A stretch of 54,779 nt of DNA, from IMG/VR virus record IMGVR_UViG_3300024517_000021, positions 1-54,779 of that record; one strand, given 5' to 3'. Both the position numbers and the translations under genes were made by a program. The stretch's first letter is position 1; the number at the start of each line of letters is the position of its first letter. The notes beneath the pieces are model-generated. The model was not told the origin of the DNA. It saw nothing but the letters and a program-made list of their open reading frames with translations, and made no database searches. This document shows, in pieces, positions 36,910 to 46,263 of the stretch. Source of the DNA: a virus (lineage: Duplodnaviria > Caudoviricetes).

Positions 36910-38220
36910 TCAGATATCGATCTGCACTGCATCCCCAAAGGGAGGCTTGTTCTTCGTCCACCTTCCACCCGTCTCGAAAACTTCCTCCGAAGATGCCCAG
37001 AGGATCGGGTGTCGAGTCGGCTCACCGTAGCTTCGGCATTCGAGGTCGGTGAAGATGATCACCGCATCGGGCCTTGCGTTGGTGTGTCGGAGCCAGTGGA
37101 AGATGGGCTCGTAGTTCGTTCCGCCACCGCACTCCATATCAGTGGGCAACTTTTCCTTCGGTCCCAACTCGATGATCATCTCCTGCTGGATGACATGATT
37201 GAAGGGGACGATGGTGATCTTCTGGATCGTAGTAGCCCCCCGGATCTTCTCCAGATGAGAGAAGAATGCCTGATGCTCAGCCCTTCCAACTGATGAGGAA
37301 ATATCCTCGAAGATCATCAGATGCTGGAGTCCCTCCCGGATCTCGCCCGGCAGGTACTGTCGGTAGGACAGTGCGCGCCGATCCAGTCGAGACCAAGTCC
37401 TCCCGATGGGCTTGCCCACCTTGTGGATCCACTTGGCGAGGTAAGCTGACCAGTCCATCTTGGGTCGGGTGATCCGATCAAGCGCCCGCCTTTCATCGGG
37501 GCTGCCCATCTTCCCTACATCCTTCGCAGCCATCTCTCCCTGAGAAATTGTGTCAGCTAGATCTCGGAGACCTTCCTGCTTCTGGCCTTCGGTGAGTTCC
37601 TTCCCGTCTTCGTCGGTGGCATCCCAAACTTCGCCGGGTGCTTTCTTCGGTGAGGGAGGAGCTGACTCTGGGGGGGCAGGTGCGCCGGGCTTTCCCCCAT
37701 CGATCTCATCTCCCGGCTCATCCCCCGGCCCATCCCCGGACTCCGGGAATGAGCCATTGCCGGGCTCATCACCGGGCTCATCTGGAGAATCGGGGGGCGG
37801 CGGCGGCGGGTCACTTACGATGCGACCGAAGACCTTCTCTTCTGACCAACCCCGGTACTTTTCATCGCAGTACCAGTCACCGGGGATGGGGAAGCCCGCA
37901 TCCTTGAGAAGGAGGTTGATCACATAATCACAGGCAATATTCCAGAGATAGTGGTCACGGTTGCCACGCCGGAACTGATGCCCCAGCGCAACGTGCGCCA
38001 CCTCGTGGAGGATGAGCGTGTGTCGCGTGTACTTGGGGAGGCTCAGGCAATACTCAGGGTTGGCGAAGATCCTGCGACCATCTGTTGCGGCAGTCTCGAC
38101 CGGCCTCCCCCCGTGGCTGGTGCAGACCAGCAGCTCCAGCTTCATGGCGACCAGTGCCCAGAAGGGCTGTTCGTCCAGTGCTTTGATTCGGATTGATTCG
38201 AGTTCAGTTTGGAAGTCCAT
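36910..38220 (-). CDS. DUF2201-like metallopeptidase + vWA domain protein
   Basis: TAATDG, HEVAH (HExxH), WNIACDYVIN, Pro/acidic linker, MIDAS-like DISSS, GGGT, IFTD. Confidence 0.88.
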   Translation of the reverse strand: MDFQTELESIRIKALDEQPFWALVAMKLELLVCTSHGGRPVETAATDGRRIFANPEYCLSLPKYTRHTLILHEVAHVALGHQFRRGNRDHYLWNIACDYVINLLLKDAGFPIPGDWYCDEKYRGWSEEKVFGRIVSDPPPPPPDSPDEPGDEPGNGSFPESGDGPGDEPGDEIDGGKPGAPAPPESAPPSPKKAPGEVWDATDEDGKELTEGQKQEGLRDLADTISQGEMAAKDVGKMGSPDERRALDRITRPKMDWSAYLAKWIHKVGKPIGRTWSRLDRRALSYRQYLPGEIREGLQHLMIFEDISSSVGRAEHQAFFSHLEKIRGATTIQKITIVPFNHVIQQEMIIELGPKEKLPTDMECGGGTNYEPIFHWLRHTNARPDAVIIFTDLECRSYGEPTRHPILWASSEEVFETGGRWTKNKPPFGDAVQIDI

Positions 38221-38271
38221 TGTGTCTCCTGTGTTGAGAAGGAAGGGGGGGCACTCGCCCCCCCCTCTGCA

Positions 38272-39375
38272 TCATCCGATGACTAGATCCTCATTATCCT
38301 TGAGGAACTGGGCGTACTCTGCTGACGCATTGGCGAAGTCCTTGTGAGAGTTCGCTGCCTGCTTGAATCCGAAGACTGCGAACGCCCCGTCCAGTCTGCG
38401 GAGGTACGTGATGACTGCATCCACCCGTTGAGTAGTGAGTGTCTCACCCTTCCTAGCCTGAAGGTCCGCGCAGATGTTGCTGATCACTGCGTAGTTCGCC
38501 GAGAGTGCCCCATCTCCAGAGGGGATATGAGCCGTTTCGGGTGACTCATAAATGTCCTCGACGCTGGCCAGCTCCCCTCCGAGTCGGACATATCCAGAGA
38601 ACTCGATGTATGCAGCTCTCCCGACCAGCCCCTCGCCGTGTCGCCTCATCGTGCCATCGGACAGACCCTGCCAGAGTAGGCCGGACAATTTGTGCCAGCT
38701 TCGGAGGCTCGGCCTAGCAAGTTCCTTCGAGTTGTAATCAGAGCAGTGGATGAAGTTCCTCTGCCCTTCGGGCTCCGACTTCACCCATCGCAGGAATCCA
38801 GTAATGAGGGGGTGGATCTTCCCGTCTGCCCATTCCAGCCAGCGAGGAAAGATCTCGGTGATGATATCCTCATGAGTGATCTCGATGATGCTGAATCGAT
38901 CCAGCAGTGACCAAGTGATCGGGTTGCTCCCGCAGTTGGCTTCGGGCGGGTTCGTTGCGGCGACGAACCAGACATGATCGGGGATCTTGTGACCTTCCAG
39001 CTCACGATCTTGGATCAGGCTCTGGATGGCAGTCTGCTGATCGTCGAGACTGTTGCCGATCTCATCGAAGAAGACGCAGACCCCGTCATAATTCTCTGCG
39101 CCGGGAACGTCCCCAAGCAGCGTCCGTTTAATCATCGTTACCAGTTCCCCCTTCTCAAAGTCGGGGACGTTGATTCCTCCAACATCGATGGAAGGCGTGC
39201 GGCCAAGGATGATCGTGATCAGCAGGTTATTGATCGGCTCGCAGAAGCCGCGAACCTGGGCAGTCTTGGAGATGCCCCGGTCCCCGATGAAGAGACAAGG
39301 CGTCCCCTCCCCGTAGATCCCGTTCGTCTGGGTCTTCCGAGAGGAGGCGAGCAGTTCGTTAAAATCGAGTGACAT
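38272..39375 (-). CDS. MoxR-like AAA+ ATPase
   Basis: Walker A-like GDRGISKT, Walker B VFFDE, AATN, L.DRF, RSW; adjacent to vWA gene. Confidence 0.85.
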   Translation of the reverse strand: MSLDFNELLASSRKTQTNGIYGEGTPCLFIGDRGISKTAQVRGFCEPINNLLITIILGRTPSIDVGGINVPDFEKGELVTMIKRTLLGDVPGAENYDGVCVFFDEIGNSLDDQQTAIQSLIQDRELEGHKIPDHVWFVAATNPPEANCGSNPITWSLLDRFSIIEITHEDIITEIFPRWLEWADGKIHPLITGFLRWVKSEPEGQRNFIHCSDYNSKELARPSLRSWHKLSGLLWQGLSDGTMRRHGEGLVGRAAYIEFSGYVRLGGELASVEDIYESPETAHIPSGDGALSANYAVISNICADLQARKGETLTTQRVDAVITYLRRLDGAFAVFGFKQAANSHKDFANASAEYAQFLKDNEDLVIG

Positions 39376-39412
39376 ATGTTCTCCTGTAAGTTGTGGGCGC
39401 TATGCCCCCTGG

Positions 39413-40297
39413 CTAGCTGCGGTTCCCGAAGTTCCCAATCCGGGAGAGCAGGTCCTTGGCATCTCGGTGGACTTTCTCCCGGAGGTGAGAGTCTTCCCGG
39501 AGATCCTGAGCATCCACGGTGCAGATCTCCCGGATCATCTTCTGCCGGACCTCCTCGACCACCGGATCATCGAGCAGGTTGAAGTCGCTAAGCAGGTCTG
39601 CGATCTCCCTGGCATTGGTGATGATGGAGTCTCGGAAGGATCCCTCCCTACCCCCATCATATTTGTTGACCTCCACCAGCCGCTTGAGGACTCCCTCGAC
39701 ACGCTCGGTGACGTGAGCCACCGCTTTGCGGACCTTCGAGGCGGACTGCTCTTCCAGTGCCTGACGCACCCGATCCGCATGATCTGCGGAGAATCCAGCT
39801 CGGATATCCCGGCTGGCATCGGGGACTACGTTGATCTCGTAAGAGAACACGCACTTGGAGATGAACTCATCTCTCGTCGGGTAGTCCGAAGCGTCGAAGA
39901 GTTCGCCCATCCCTCCATCGGCTGCGCCCATCGCATCGCGTCGGATGATTCCCTGGAGTCGGTCGGCAGCCTCGATGGCGAGCCTCTCGCACTCACGTCC
40001 ATGCATATCGAGGACGCTGAGCAGCTCCGGCAGTCGGGAGTTCAGGCAAAGACGATCCGCGCCTTCGGTCCAGGGGAGGGTGACTGCCACCCATTTCTTC
40101 CGGCCCGTTGCCCGGTTCGCCGAGAGTTCCGCGAGTGCCTCCTTGAAAGTGTGCGTCACCACTTTGGTGCGCCGCTTGTCGGAGTCCTTCTGGTCAGCCA
40201 GCTCCCTGCTGGCATTTTTCTTGGTGCGGATTCCACCCGGCATTTTCGTGTGGACATTCACCAGAGTTGCACGATCCGCGAGTCCCTTACTAGGCAT
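39413..40297 (-). CDS. DUF3150-like helical protein of the AAA/vWA module
   Basis: TLPW, F..SDYP....., FRDS, FNL.DDP, LRED..LR; start re-called to ATG 40297 (AGGAGG SD). Confidence 0.7.
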   Translation of the reverse strand: MPSKGLADRATLVNVHTKMPGGIRTKKNASRELADQKDSDKRRTKVVTHTFKEALAELSANRATGRKKWVAVTLPWTEGADRLCLNSRLPELLSVLDMHGRECERLAIEAADRLQGIIRRDAMGAADGGMGELFDASDYPTRDEFISKCVFSYEINVVPDASRDIRAGFSADHADRVRQALEEQSASKVRKAVAHVTERVEGVLKRLVEVNKYDGGREGSFRDSIITNAREIADLLSDFNLLDDPVVEEVRQKMIREICTVDAQDLREDSHLREKVHRDAKDLLSRIGNFGNRS

Positions 40298-40590
40298 GTT
40301 GCCTCCTGTTTTGTCTCGCTGTAACACGGCGAGACGGTGGGTGTAGTTGTAGGGAAAAATATTTACTGGTCAGGTGAGCATCTAGGGGATCAGCGATCCA
40401 TCACCCCTTCCCTTGTGCTTACGCTTCCGCGTGTAGCCCTTGGCACCCTTCTTGGTGCCATGCTTCCCGCCCCGAGGTAGCCGCACCTTGCGACTCTCCC
40501 GGCGCAGGAACTTCGCCAGATCGATTTCGATTTTCATCGTGTAACCCTTCTGCGAGAGAGGGGGGGGGCACCCCCCTCCCCTGCTCCTAC

Positions 40591-41016
40591 CTAGTTCCTG
40601 GCATACTCCCGATCGCTGGGTGCCGATTCATGAGGGGAGATGCTATCGCGACCTGCGAGAACATCGGCGGCATAAGCCACCCCCTCAGCGGGGATCGAGA
40701 AGAGCGCGGATACCGCGCAAGTCCCTCCACTGATGAGTGTCACCGGGAGTCGGAAGATCAGGCCCACGATGGTATTTCCAACGCTGGGCGTGCGATCCCG
40801 CCGATCTCCCACTGCCCATCGGGCCAGCTTGCAACCTGCCCAGCTCACATTGTCGAGCGAGTCGGCAGTTGCGTGTGAAGTGATGGCAACTCCATTTGCC
40901 ACCTCCTGCGATCCAGCGATGACTACATCGCCGATCACCTCACCAGCCGAGGGCTGGTATCCATCGGCACTCGCCACCGTAGCGAGCACCATCGAGAGAA
41001 GAGTGAGTCGGTACAT
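40591..41016 (-). CDS. Exported/membrane hypothetical protein
   Basis: AGGAGG SD; signal peptide MYRLTLLSMVLATVASA; internal hydrophobic segment. Confidence 0.65.
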   Translation of the reverse strand: MYRLTLLSMVLATVASADGYQPSAGEVIGDVVIAGSQEVANGVAITSHATADSLDNVSWAGCKLARWAVGDRRDRTPSVGNTIVGLIFRLPVTLISGGTCAVSALFSIPAEGVAYAADVLAGRDSISPHESAPSDREYARN

Positions 41017-41088
41017 GTTTCCTCCTGTTTTGGGTTTCCACTGAAGCCCTCGGAAGGGCTTTTCGGCGGGTCACCAGCCCGCTGCTCG

Positions 41089-41319
41089 TCAGAGTGGATC
41101 GGATGCTCTCGCCAGCTCGGCAGCTTCCCGCCAAACCGTCCCCAGTTTCCCGGCCATGGCTTCGACCCCCCGTTGGACTGCCTGTCCAGCGTCCGGGTCG
41201 GAGAGGTCTGCCCGGTCGAACTTCTCGAAAGTCGCCTCCAGCTCCACCGAGAGATCGTGGAGCGCATCGTGTACCGCGATGCTGGCGTCGGAGAGTTCGT
41301 CGAGTTGGGTTTGGTTCAT
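41089..41319 (-). CDS. Small acidic helical hypothetical protein
   Basis: GGAGG SD; followed by twin hairpins at 41044-41082. Confidence 0.6.
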   Translation of the reverse strand: MNQTQLDELSDASIAVHDALHDLSVELEATFEKFDRADLSDPDAGQAVQRGVEAMAGKLGTVWREAAELARASDPL

Positions 41320-42061
41320 CGGATTTCATCCTCCAAGTGTTGACTATCCAAGAATCGGATAGCCTCGTCTTCGTCAGTTGCCATCTTCCATTGCAGTCCG
41401 GTAGCCAGCCGGTGGTGATGGAATCCCTCCATCGGGGTGCCGCGCCCTGGGCATGTGATTTGAGTGGCTTGAGTGTCTCCTGGCAGCTCGCCCCGAAGGG
41501 GTCATGGCCCGCCATGCGGTGTTTCGTTTCGCGCCTACTTGATGGCTCTCCCCGCCCAGCGCGGCGGGGGTCATGGCCCACTGAGGAAGGGTCGCAGCGT
41601 GTCACCATTCAGGGTTTGCATCTCGCCCCGACTGCCACTGCCATCACCGCCGCTCGCCTTCCCTGTCACCATCGCCCTCCGAGGAGTAAGCGACCTTGCC
41701 CGCATCTCCCGGGTTCATAATCCCCGAGAGGTAGAGGGAGCGTGACATCCCCGGCGAGCGCCGGGTTTGCTTCCACCGATTCCACCATCTTCGCGAAGTC
41801 GCCGATCCGGTCGAGTTCGCCGCGAGTCGCCTCGCGTTGGGTCTGCCATGTGAGAGGTCTGGAGGAGGGTCGGTGCGTGCCAACGGCATTGGGGGCCGAG
41901 TGAGAGATCGAGCCCCGTGCCTTCGCACCTTCCCTGCCAGCGTGAGCGGGCAGTCGCTGTCTCGGTGTGTCCTCCGCGGCGCGATCCGGGTATCGCCGCG
42001 TGGCCGAGTCCGTTCTGTTTTCCCCCTCTCTCCCCGAGAACCTCGCCCCGGTGACACAGTC

Positions 42062-42089
42062 AGTATCGGTCATAGGAGACAGAAGTCAA
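42062..42089 (-). promoter_or_regulatory. Candidate sigma70-like leftward early promoter
   Basis: TTGACT-N16-GATACT in an AT-richer patch at the strand switch. Confidence 0.4.
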
Positions 42090-42176
42090 TAGAAATCGTT
42101 ACAACAGGTAATAATAATTCGTAGGTATCGACCCGCGTCGGGGGCTGAGCGAAACTCAGCGTAAGAGGTAGGGGCG

Positions 42177-42755
42177 ATGGCAGGGGTCGAAGCCAGGGTC
42201 CGGGGAGGCAAGTCCATGGTGGAGCAGGGGAAGGCGAGGTTGACCGAGAGGCAGAGGGCTTTCGCGGATAAGGTGATTGGGGGAAGCCCAACACTGGCGC
42301 AGGCTTACCTCGAAACCTACGGCGACAAGGATGGGACCAGAAAGGCGACGAAGGGGCAGAAGAATGAGGCTTCGAGGCTCTGGAGGAGCCCTTCTGTGGT
42401 CTCCTACGTGGAGAGCATCCGCTCCAGGGTCGAATCTGCCCAGTCCAGGCGAGCCCTCGGTCAGCGCCAACGGATCACCGAGGCCCTCTGGGTGGAGGCG
42501 CAACATGCGGGCAAGGCCAGCGACCGCATCGCAGCGCTCAGATTGTTGGGGCAGCAGAGTGACGTGGGAATGTTCAGCGAGAAGCTGGAGGTCTCGCACC
42601 GTGAAAGTGAGATCTCCGACGCCGAGATGGTTTCTGAGATCGAGAACACGTTGCGGGAAGCACTGGCAGATCGTGAGACCAACACCATCGACGTAACGCC
42701 AGCACACGCTGAGCAGGTGGAAGCAACGAGCCAGCAGCAGGCTGAATCCACCTAG
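42177..42755 (+). CDS. terS: Terminase small subunit
   Basis: LTERQRAF......AY...Y, ASRL...P.V..Y, DRIAAL.LLG....GMF; upstream of TerL. Confidence 0.82.
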   Translation: MAGVEARVRGGKSMVEQGKARLTERQRAFADKVIGGSPTLAQAYLETYGDKDGTRKATKGQKNEASRLWRSPSVVSYVESIRSRVESAQSRRALGQRQRITEALWVEAQHAGKASDRIAALRLLGQQSDVGMFSEKLEVSHRESEISDAEMVSEIENTLREALADRETNTIDVTPAHAEQVEATSQQQAEST

Positions 42756-42924
42756 CATTTGTCATGTCGGGCCTCAGCCCATGGCGGCTAGCACTGGTCA
42801 ACCTGGGCTAACACCAGCAATGTACGTGCAGGGCTAACGCAACAAGTGTGATGCTACCCCCCGGGGATGCACCACCCCCCACCCCCCCTTACGCGCAGGC
42901 CCGGGGTCGTCACCCTTACACACT

Positions 42925-42999
42925 ATTTCACACGTACAATTCTGATTTCACACGTACGATTCTGGATTTCACACATACAATTCTGATTTCACACATACA
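42925..42999 (+). repeat. Tandem 20-21 bp repeat ATTTCACAC(G/A)TAC(A/G)ATTCTG, about 3.7 copies
   Basis: Units at 42925, 42945, 42966, 42986; followed by AT-rich tract near 43059-43083. Confidence 0.9.
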
Positions 43000-43378
43000 C
43001 TAAAATTTTCTTCATTTCGCGAAAGCGAAACTTTCCCGGTGAAACTGCCCCAAAGCCGAAATTATTTTTATTTTTTTTTAATTCCAAACCATGGTGTAAG
43101 TATGGGTCCCCTATAGGTTTTTAGGAGACTGCCCCCAGGGGTACACCGTTTAGGGACAAATTTATAGCGTGTCAAGGTACCGAATGTGCTATGGATACCT
43201 ACGGTTCTGACCCAATGGTCGCGTAGCTACTAGGTCGATCCGGTAATAACTACACAGGGTAGTAACTTGTAGTTTTCCAGTAGCGACTACACAAGGGCAG
43301 GCTAGAGCCTGCCCTCATTAGCCAAGAGCGATCTGGATTAAGGGGTGTTACCGGTTAGAAAGAGGCCGGAGGTACGCC

Positions 43379-44866
43379 TTGGATCCGCTGGATCGTATTC
43401 ATGAATTGGACCCCGAGACTTTAAGAAAAGTCCATGGGTTGGTTCAGAGGCTACAGGAGCTTCGGAAGAGAGAGAAATCCCAGAAGGACTACTTGGATTT
43501 CGTTGGCAGAGCTTGGCCTGCTTTTATTAAGGGCCGTCATCATGAAATGATGGCAGATGCCTTTGAGCGAGTTTCCAATGGGAAGTTGAAGAGACTCATT
43601 ATCAACATGCCACCCAGGCATACCAAGAGTGAGTTTGCTTCTTATCTTCTACCTGCATGGTTCCTTGGGAGGAACCCGGACAAGAAAGTCATTCAGACTG
43701 CCCACACGGCCGAGTTGGCAGTTGGCTTCGGTCGGAAGGTGAGGAATCTCGTAGGCGCGGAGGAGTATCAGGAGATATTCCCTGGTGTGGCTCTCCAGCA
43801 AGACTCCAAGGCTGCCGGTCGGTGGAACACTTCCGCTGGCGGGGAATACTTCGCGATTGGAGTGGGTGGGGCGGTTACAGGGAAGGGCGCTGACCTTCTG
43901 ATTATTGATGACCCACATAGTGAGCAGGAGGGTCAGTCTATAGATCCCTCGGTATTTGACCGGACGTATGAATGGTACACGTCTGGACCGAGGCAGAGAC
44001 TCCAGCCGGGTGGGGCGATTGTTATCGTCATGACTCGTTGGCATAAGAGAGATCTCACCGGTCAGATCATCCAGTCTTCTATTCAGAGAGATGGGTCGGA
44101 TGAATGGGAAGTCATCGAACTCCCCGCCATACTTCCTTCTGGGAATCCGCTGTGGCCCGGATTCTGGTCAAAGGATGAATTGGAGAAGCTCCGAGTCGAG
44201 CTTCCCGTTTCCAAATGGTCCGCTCAGTACCAACAGGATCCGACATCCGAAGAAGGCGCGATTGTAAAGAGGGATTGGTGGAAGACATGGGAGAGAGAGA
44301 AGCCTCCCGAATGTGAATTCATCATCCAGTCATGGGATACGGCTTTCCTCAAGACTCAGCGGGCAGATTTCTCTGCCTGTACAACATGGGGAATATTCTA
44401 CAGAGAAGACGATATGGGGAAGAACACCGCCCAGCTTGTCTTGCTCCACGCCTATAAGGAGAGACTGGAGTTCCCCGATCTCAAAAAGAAGGCGTTCGAT
44501 TTGTGGCAGAGATGGACCCCGGATGCATTCATCATCGAGGGGAAGGCTGCCGGGATGCCGCTGATATTTGAACTGAGAAATATGGGAATCCCCGTTCAGG
44601 AGTACACTCCCTCTAGAGGGAATGACAAGATTGCCCGAGTCAATGCTGTGGCAGATCTCTTCGCATCGGGAATGATCTGGGCACCGGATAGAAGATTCTC
44701 GGAAGAAGTCATTGAAGAGTTTGCTTCCTTCCCTTCTGGTGATCACGATGACTTGGTGGACTCCTCGACTCAAGCCCTACTGAGATTCCGTCAGGGTGGA
44801 TTCATTCCCCTGCATACGGATGAGAACGAAGAACCCTTCCGTTCAGTGAAGGCAGATTATTATTAG
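43379..44866 (+). CDS. terL: Terminase large subunit
   Basis: GGAGG + TTG; NMPPRHTKS, GKGADLLIIDDP, MTRWH..DL.G, QSWDTA, HDDLVDS. Confidence 0.96.
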   Translation: MDPLDRIHELDPETLRKVHGLVQRLQELRKREKSQKDYLDFVGRAWPAFIKGRHHEMMADAFERVSNGKLKRLIINMPPRHTKSEFASYLLPAWFLGRNPDKKVIQTAHTAELAVGFGRKVRNLVGAEEYQEIFPGVALQQDSKAAGRWNTSAGGEYFAIGVGGAVTGKGADLLIIDDPHSEQEGQSIDPSVFDRTYEWYTSGPRQRLQPGGAIVIVMTRWHKRDLTGQIIQSSIQRDGSDEWEVIELPAILPSGNPLWPGFWSKDELEKLRVELPVSKWSAQYQQDPTSEEGAIVKRDWWKTWEREKPPECEFIIQSWDTAFLKTQRADFSACTTWGIFYREDDMGKNTAQLVLLHAYKERLEFPDLKKKAFDLWQRWTPDAFIIEGKAAGMPLIFELRNMGIPVQEYTPSRGNDKIARVNAVADLFASGMIWAPDRRFSEEVIEEFASFPSGDHDDLVDSSTQALLRFRQGGFIPLHTDENEEPFRSVKADYY

Positions 44867-44869
44867 TCT

Positions 44870-45403
44870 ATGCCGGGAGAAGAAAAACTCGATCCGACTT
44901 TGGGTGGCATGTTGTACTACCACCCGGATACACCGGTAGAAATTTCGGATCAGTTCTCCGCTCCAGAGGGGCAGCAGTATCTGAGGAACATGCAGCAGTT
45001 CCTCGGTCTATTAAACCGGGCGACTCCAGAAGGTTATGTGTGGAGGAATAATTCTGCTTATCGAGATTGGGGAAAGGCTCATCCCGTAAAGCCTTCTCAT
45101 GATTTCGTAGTCAGGAGATCCGACTCGATAGATTCCGATTCCCCTCCGAAGGAGCTTTCTGATTTGCTCCCGGGAATATATGAGAGCGCAATGCGCTTGG
45201 CCCAGCACTCAGGAATGAGGGCACAGGGAACTGCCCATGGAAGCGGCCCTCACTTGCATACCAATGCGGGTCCTACGGCAGGATCGAGATTGGATGATGA
45301 GGAGTTGGAAGCTTACCTAGAAAATATACGCTCTCGATTTTCCCAAGGGAAGTACCGTAGCGGTGGTCTGATCCGTGATGGTTACGGAAGAAACCTTTTT
45401 TGA
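44870..45403 (+). CDS. Hypothetical protein, possible M15-like Zn peptidase fold
   Basis: SAYR....H.....HDF...GPHLH; C-terminal YRSGGLI motif. Confidence 0.5.
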   Translation: MPGEEKLDPTLGGMLYYHPDTPVEISDQFSAPEGQQYLRNMQQFLGLLNRATPEGYVWRNNSAYRDWGKAHPVKPSHDFVVRRSDSIDSDSPPKELSDLLPGIYESAMRLAQHSGMRAQGTAHGSGPHLHTNAGPTAGSRLDDEELEAYLENIRSRFSQGKYRSGGLIRDGYGRNLF

Positions 45404-45481
45404 AAAAGGATGAACCGTGGCAGGCATACCGAAGAAAATTGCCGATCCTCTGAATCTTCATAAGATGAGTTCCCGTAGCTC

Positions 45482-45709
45482 TTGACCGACAGTGGCCCCA
45501 CGGGTCGGGAGTGGGGAGATCTATCTCGCCACGTAGAAGAAATCCGTCACGATATTCGTAATATGCGAACGATACTTGATGGATATGTAGAGTTGATCAT
45601 CGATTTAGAAAGGCGTTGTGCAAATTTGGAGACGAAGATCTACACGTCTGTTGGTGTTTGTGCAGTTTTATTTGGATTGGTTGGTTCCTTAATTAATTGG
45701 TTTTTCTAG
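45482..45709 (+). CDS. Coiled-coil protein with C-terminal transmembrane helix
   Basis: TTG start; heptad pattern then IYTSVGVCAVLFGLVGSLINWFF. Confidence 0.6.
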   Translation: MTDSGPTGREWGDLSRHVEEIRHDIRNMRTILDGYVELIIDLERRCANLETKIYTSVGVCAVLFGLVGSLINWFF

Positions 45710-45727
45710 GAGCAATAGGAGGAAGTA

Positions 45728-46261
45728 ATGGGTAGAGGGGCAAAAGAGCAGTACAGTTCACAACCCCGTTGGGAAGGGTTGATTCAGAGAGGAGGGCAGC
45801 TACAAGCTCCCCTTCCTGGCCCGCGGATGCCCGGTATCGTGCACGATCCGACTTTGCATGAAGGGCAGCAACAAGCTCCGGCTTCTCCTTGGTCTGGATT
45901 TGATCCTGGGCTGAGTCGAGATCAGTTCAATCAGCAGATGATGAATCGGCCCGTTATGACTCGGATGTATGACACTTATTCTGGGAATGATGTTTATTCC
46001 CAGCAAAGAGATTTAACGGATGCATTCAAGGCTGGAGAAATCAATTCCAATCAGTGGCTCCAGAGCGCACAAGCGCTGCAAGATACTTATGGAGTTGAGA
46101 CTGCTGCTCCCAATCAATTCGAGTATCTAGATCCTGCTGCTCAATTGTCGCAGCAACAGGGAATTATGAACCAGTACCAGCCGTTCAATCCGCAGGGCAA
46201 TTATCGAGATCAAATGCGTGGCCAGCATGGCGGCAAGCGTGGCGGGAAGGGCGGTGGTTAG
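45728..46261 (+). CDS. Gln/Pro-rich hypothetical protein
   Basis: AGGAGG SD; ends GGKRGGKGGG. Confidence 0.65.
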   Translation: MGRGAKEQYSSQPRWEGLIQRGGQLQAPLPGPRMPGIVHDPTLHEGQQQAPASPWSGFDPGLSRDQFNQQMMNRPVMTRMYDTYSGNDVYSQQRDLTDAFKAGEINSNQWLQSAQALQDTYGVETAAPNQFEYLDPAAQLSQQQGIMNQYQPFNPQGNYRDQMRGQHGGKRGGKGGG

Positions 46262-46263
46262 AA

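Noticed and set aside
39467-40324. 285-aa + strand ORF (similarly 51569-52420 and 47485-48243 on - strand)
   Set aside because: Antisense shadows of well-supported genes; no SD or recognisable motifs
40940-42073. Long overlapping ORFs (222, 208, 137, 135 aa)
   Set aside because: Arg/Pro-rich GC artefact composition, no SD, and one start lies inside the candidate promoter
42925-42999. Mini-CRISPR
   Set aside because: Units are directly adjacent with no spacers
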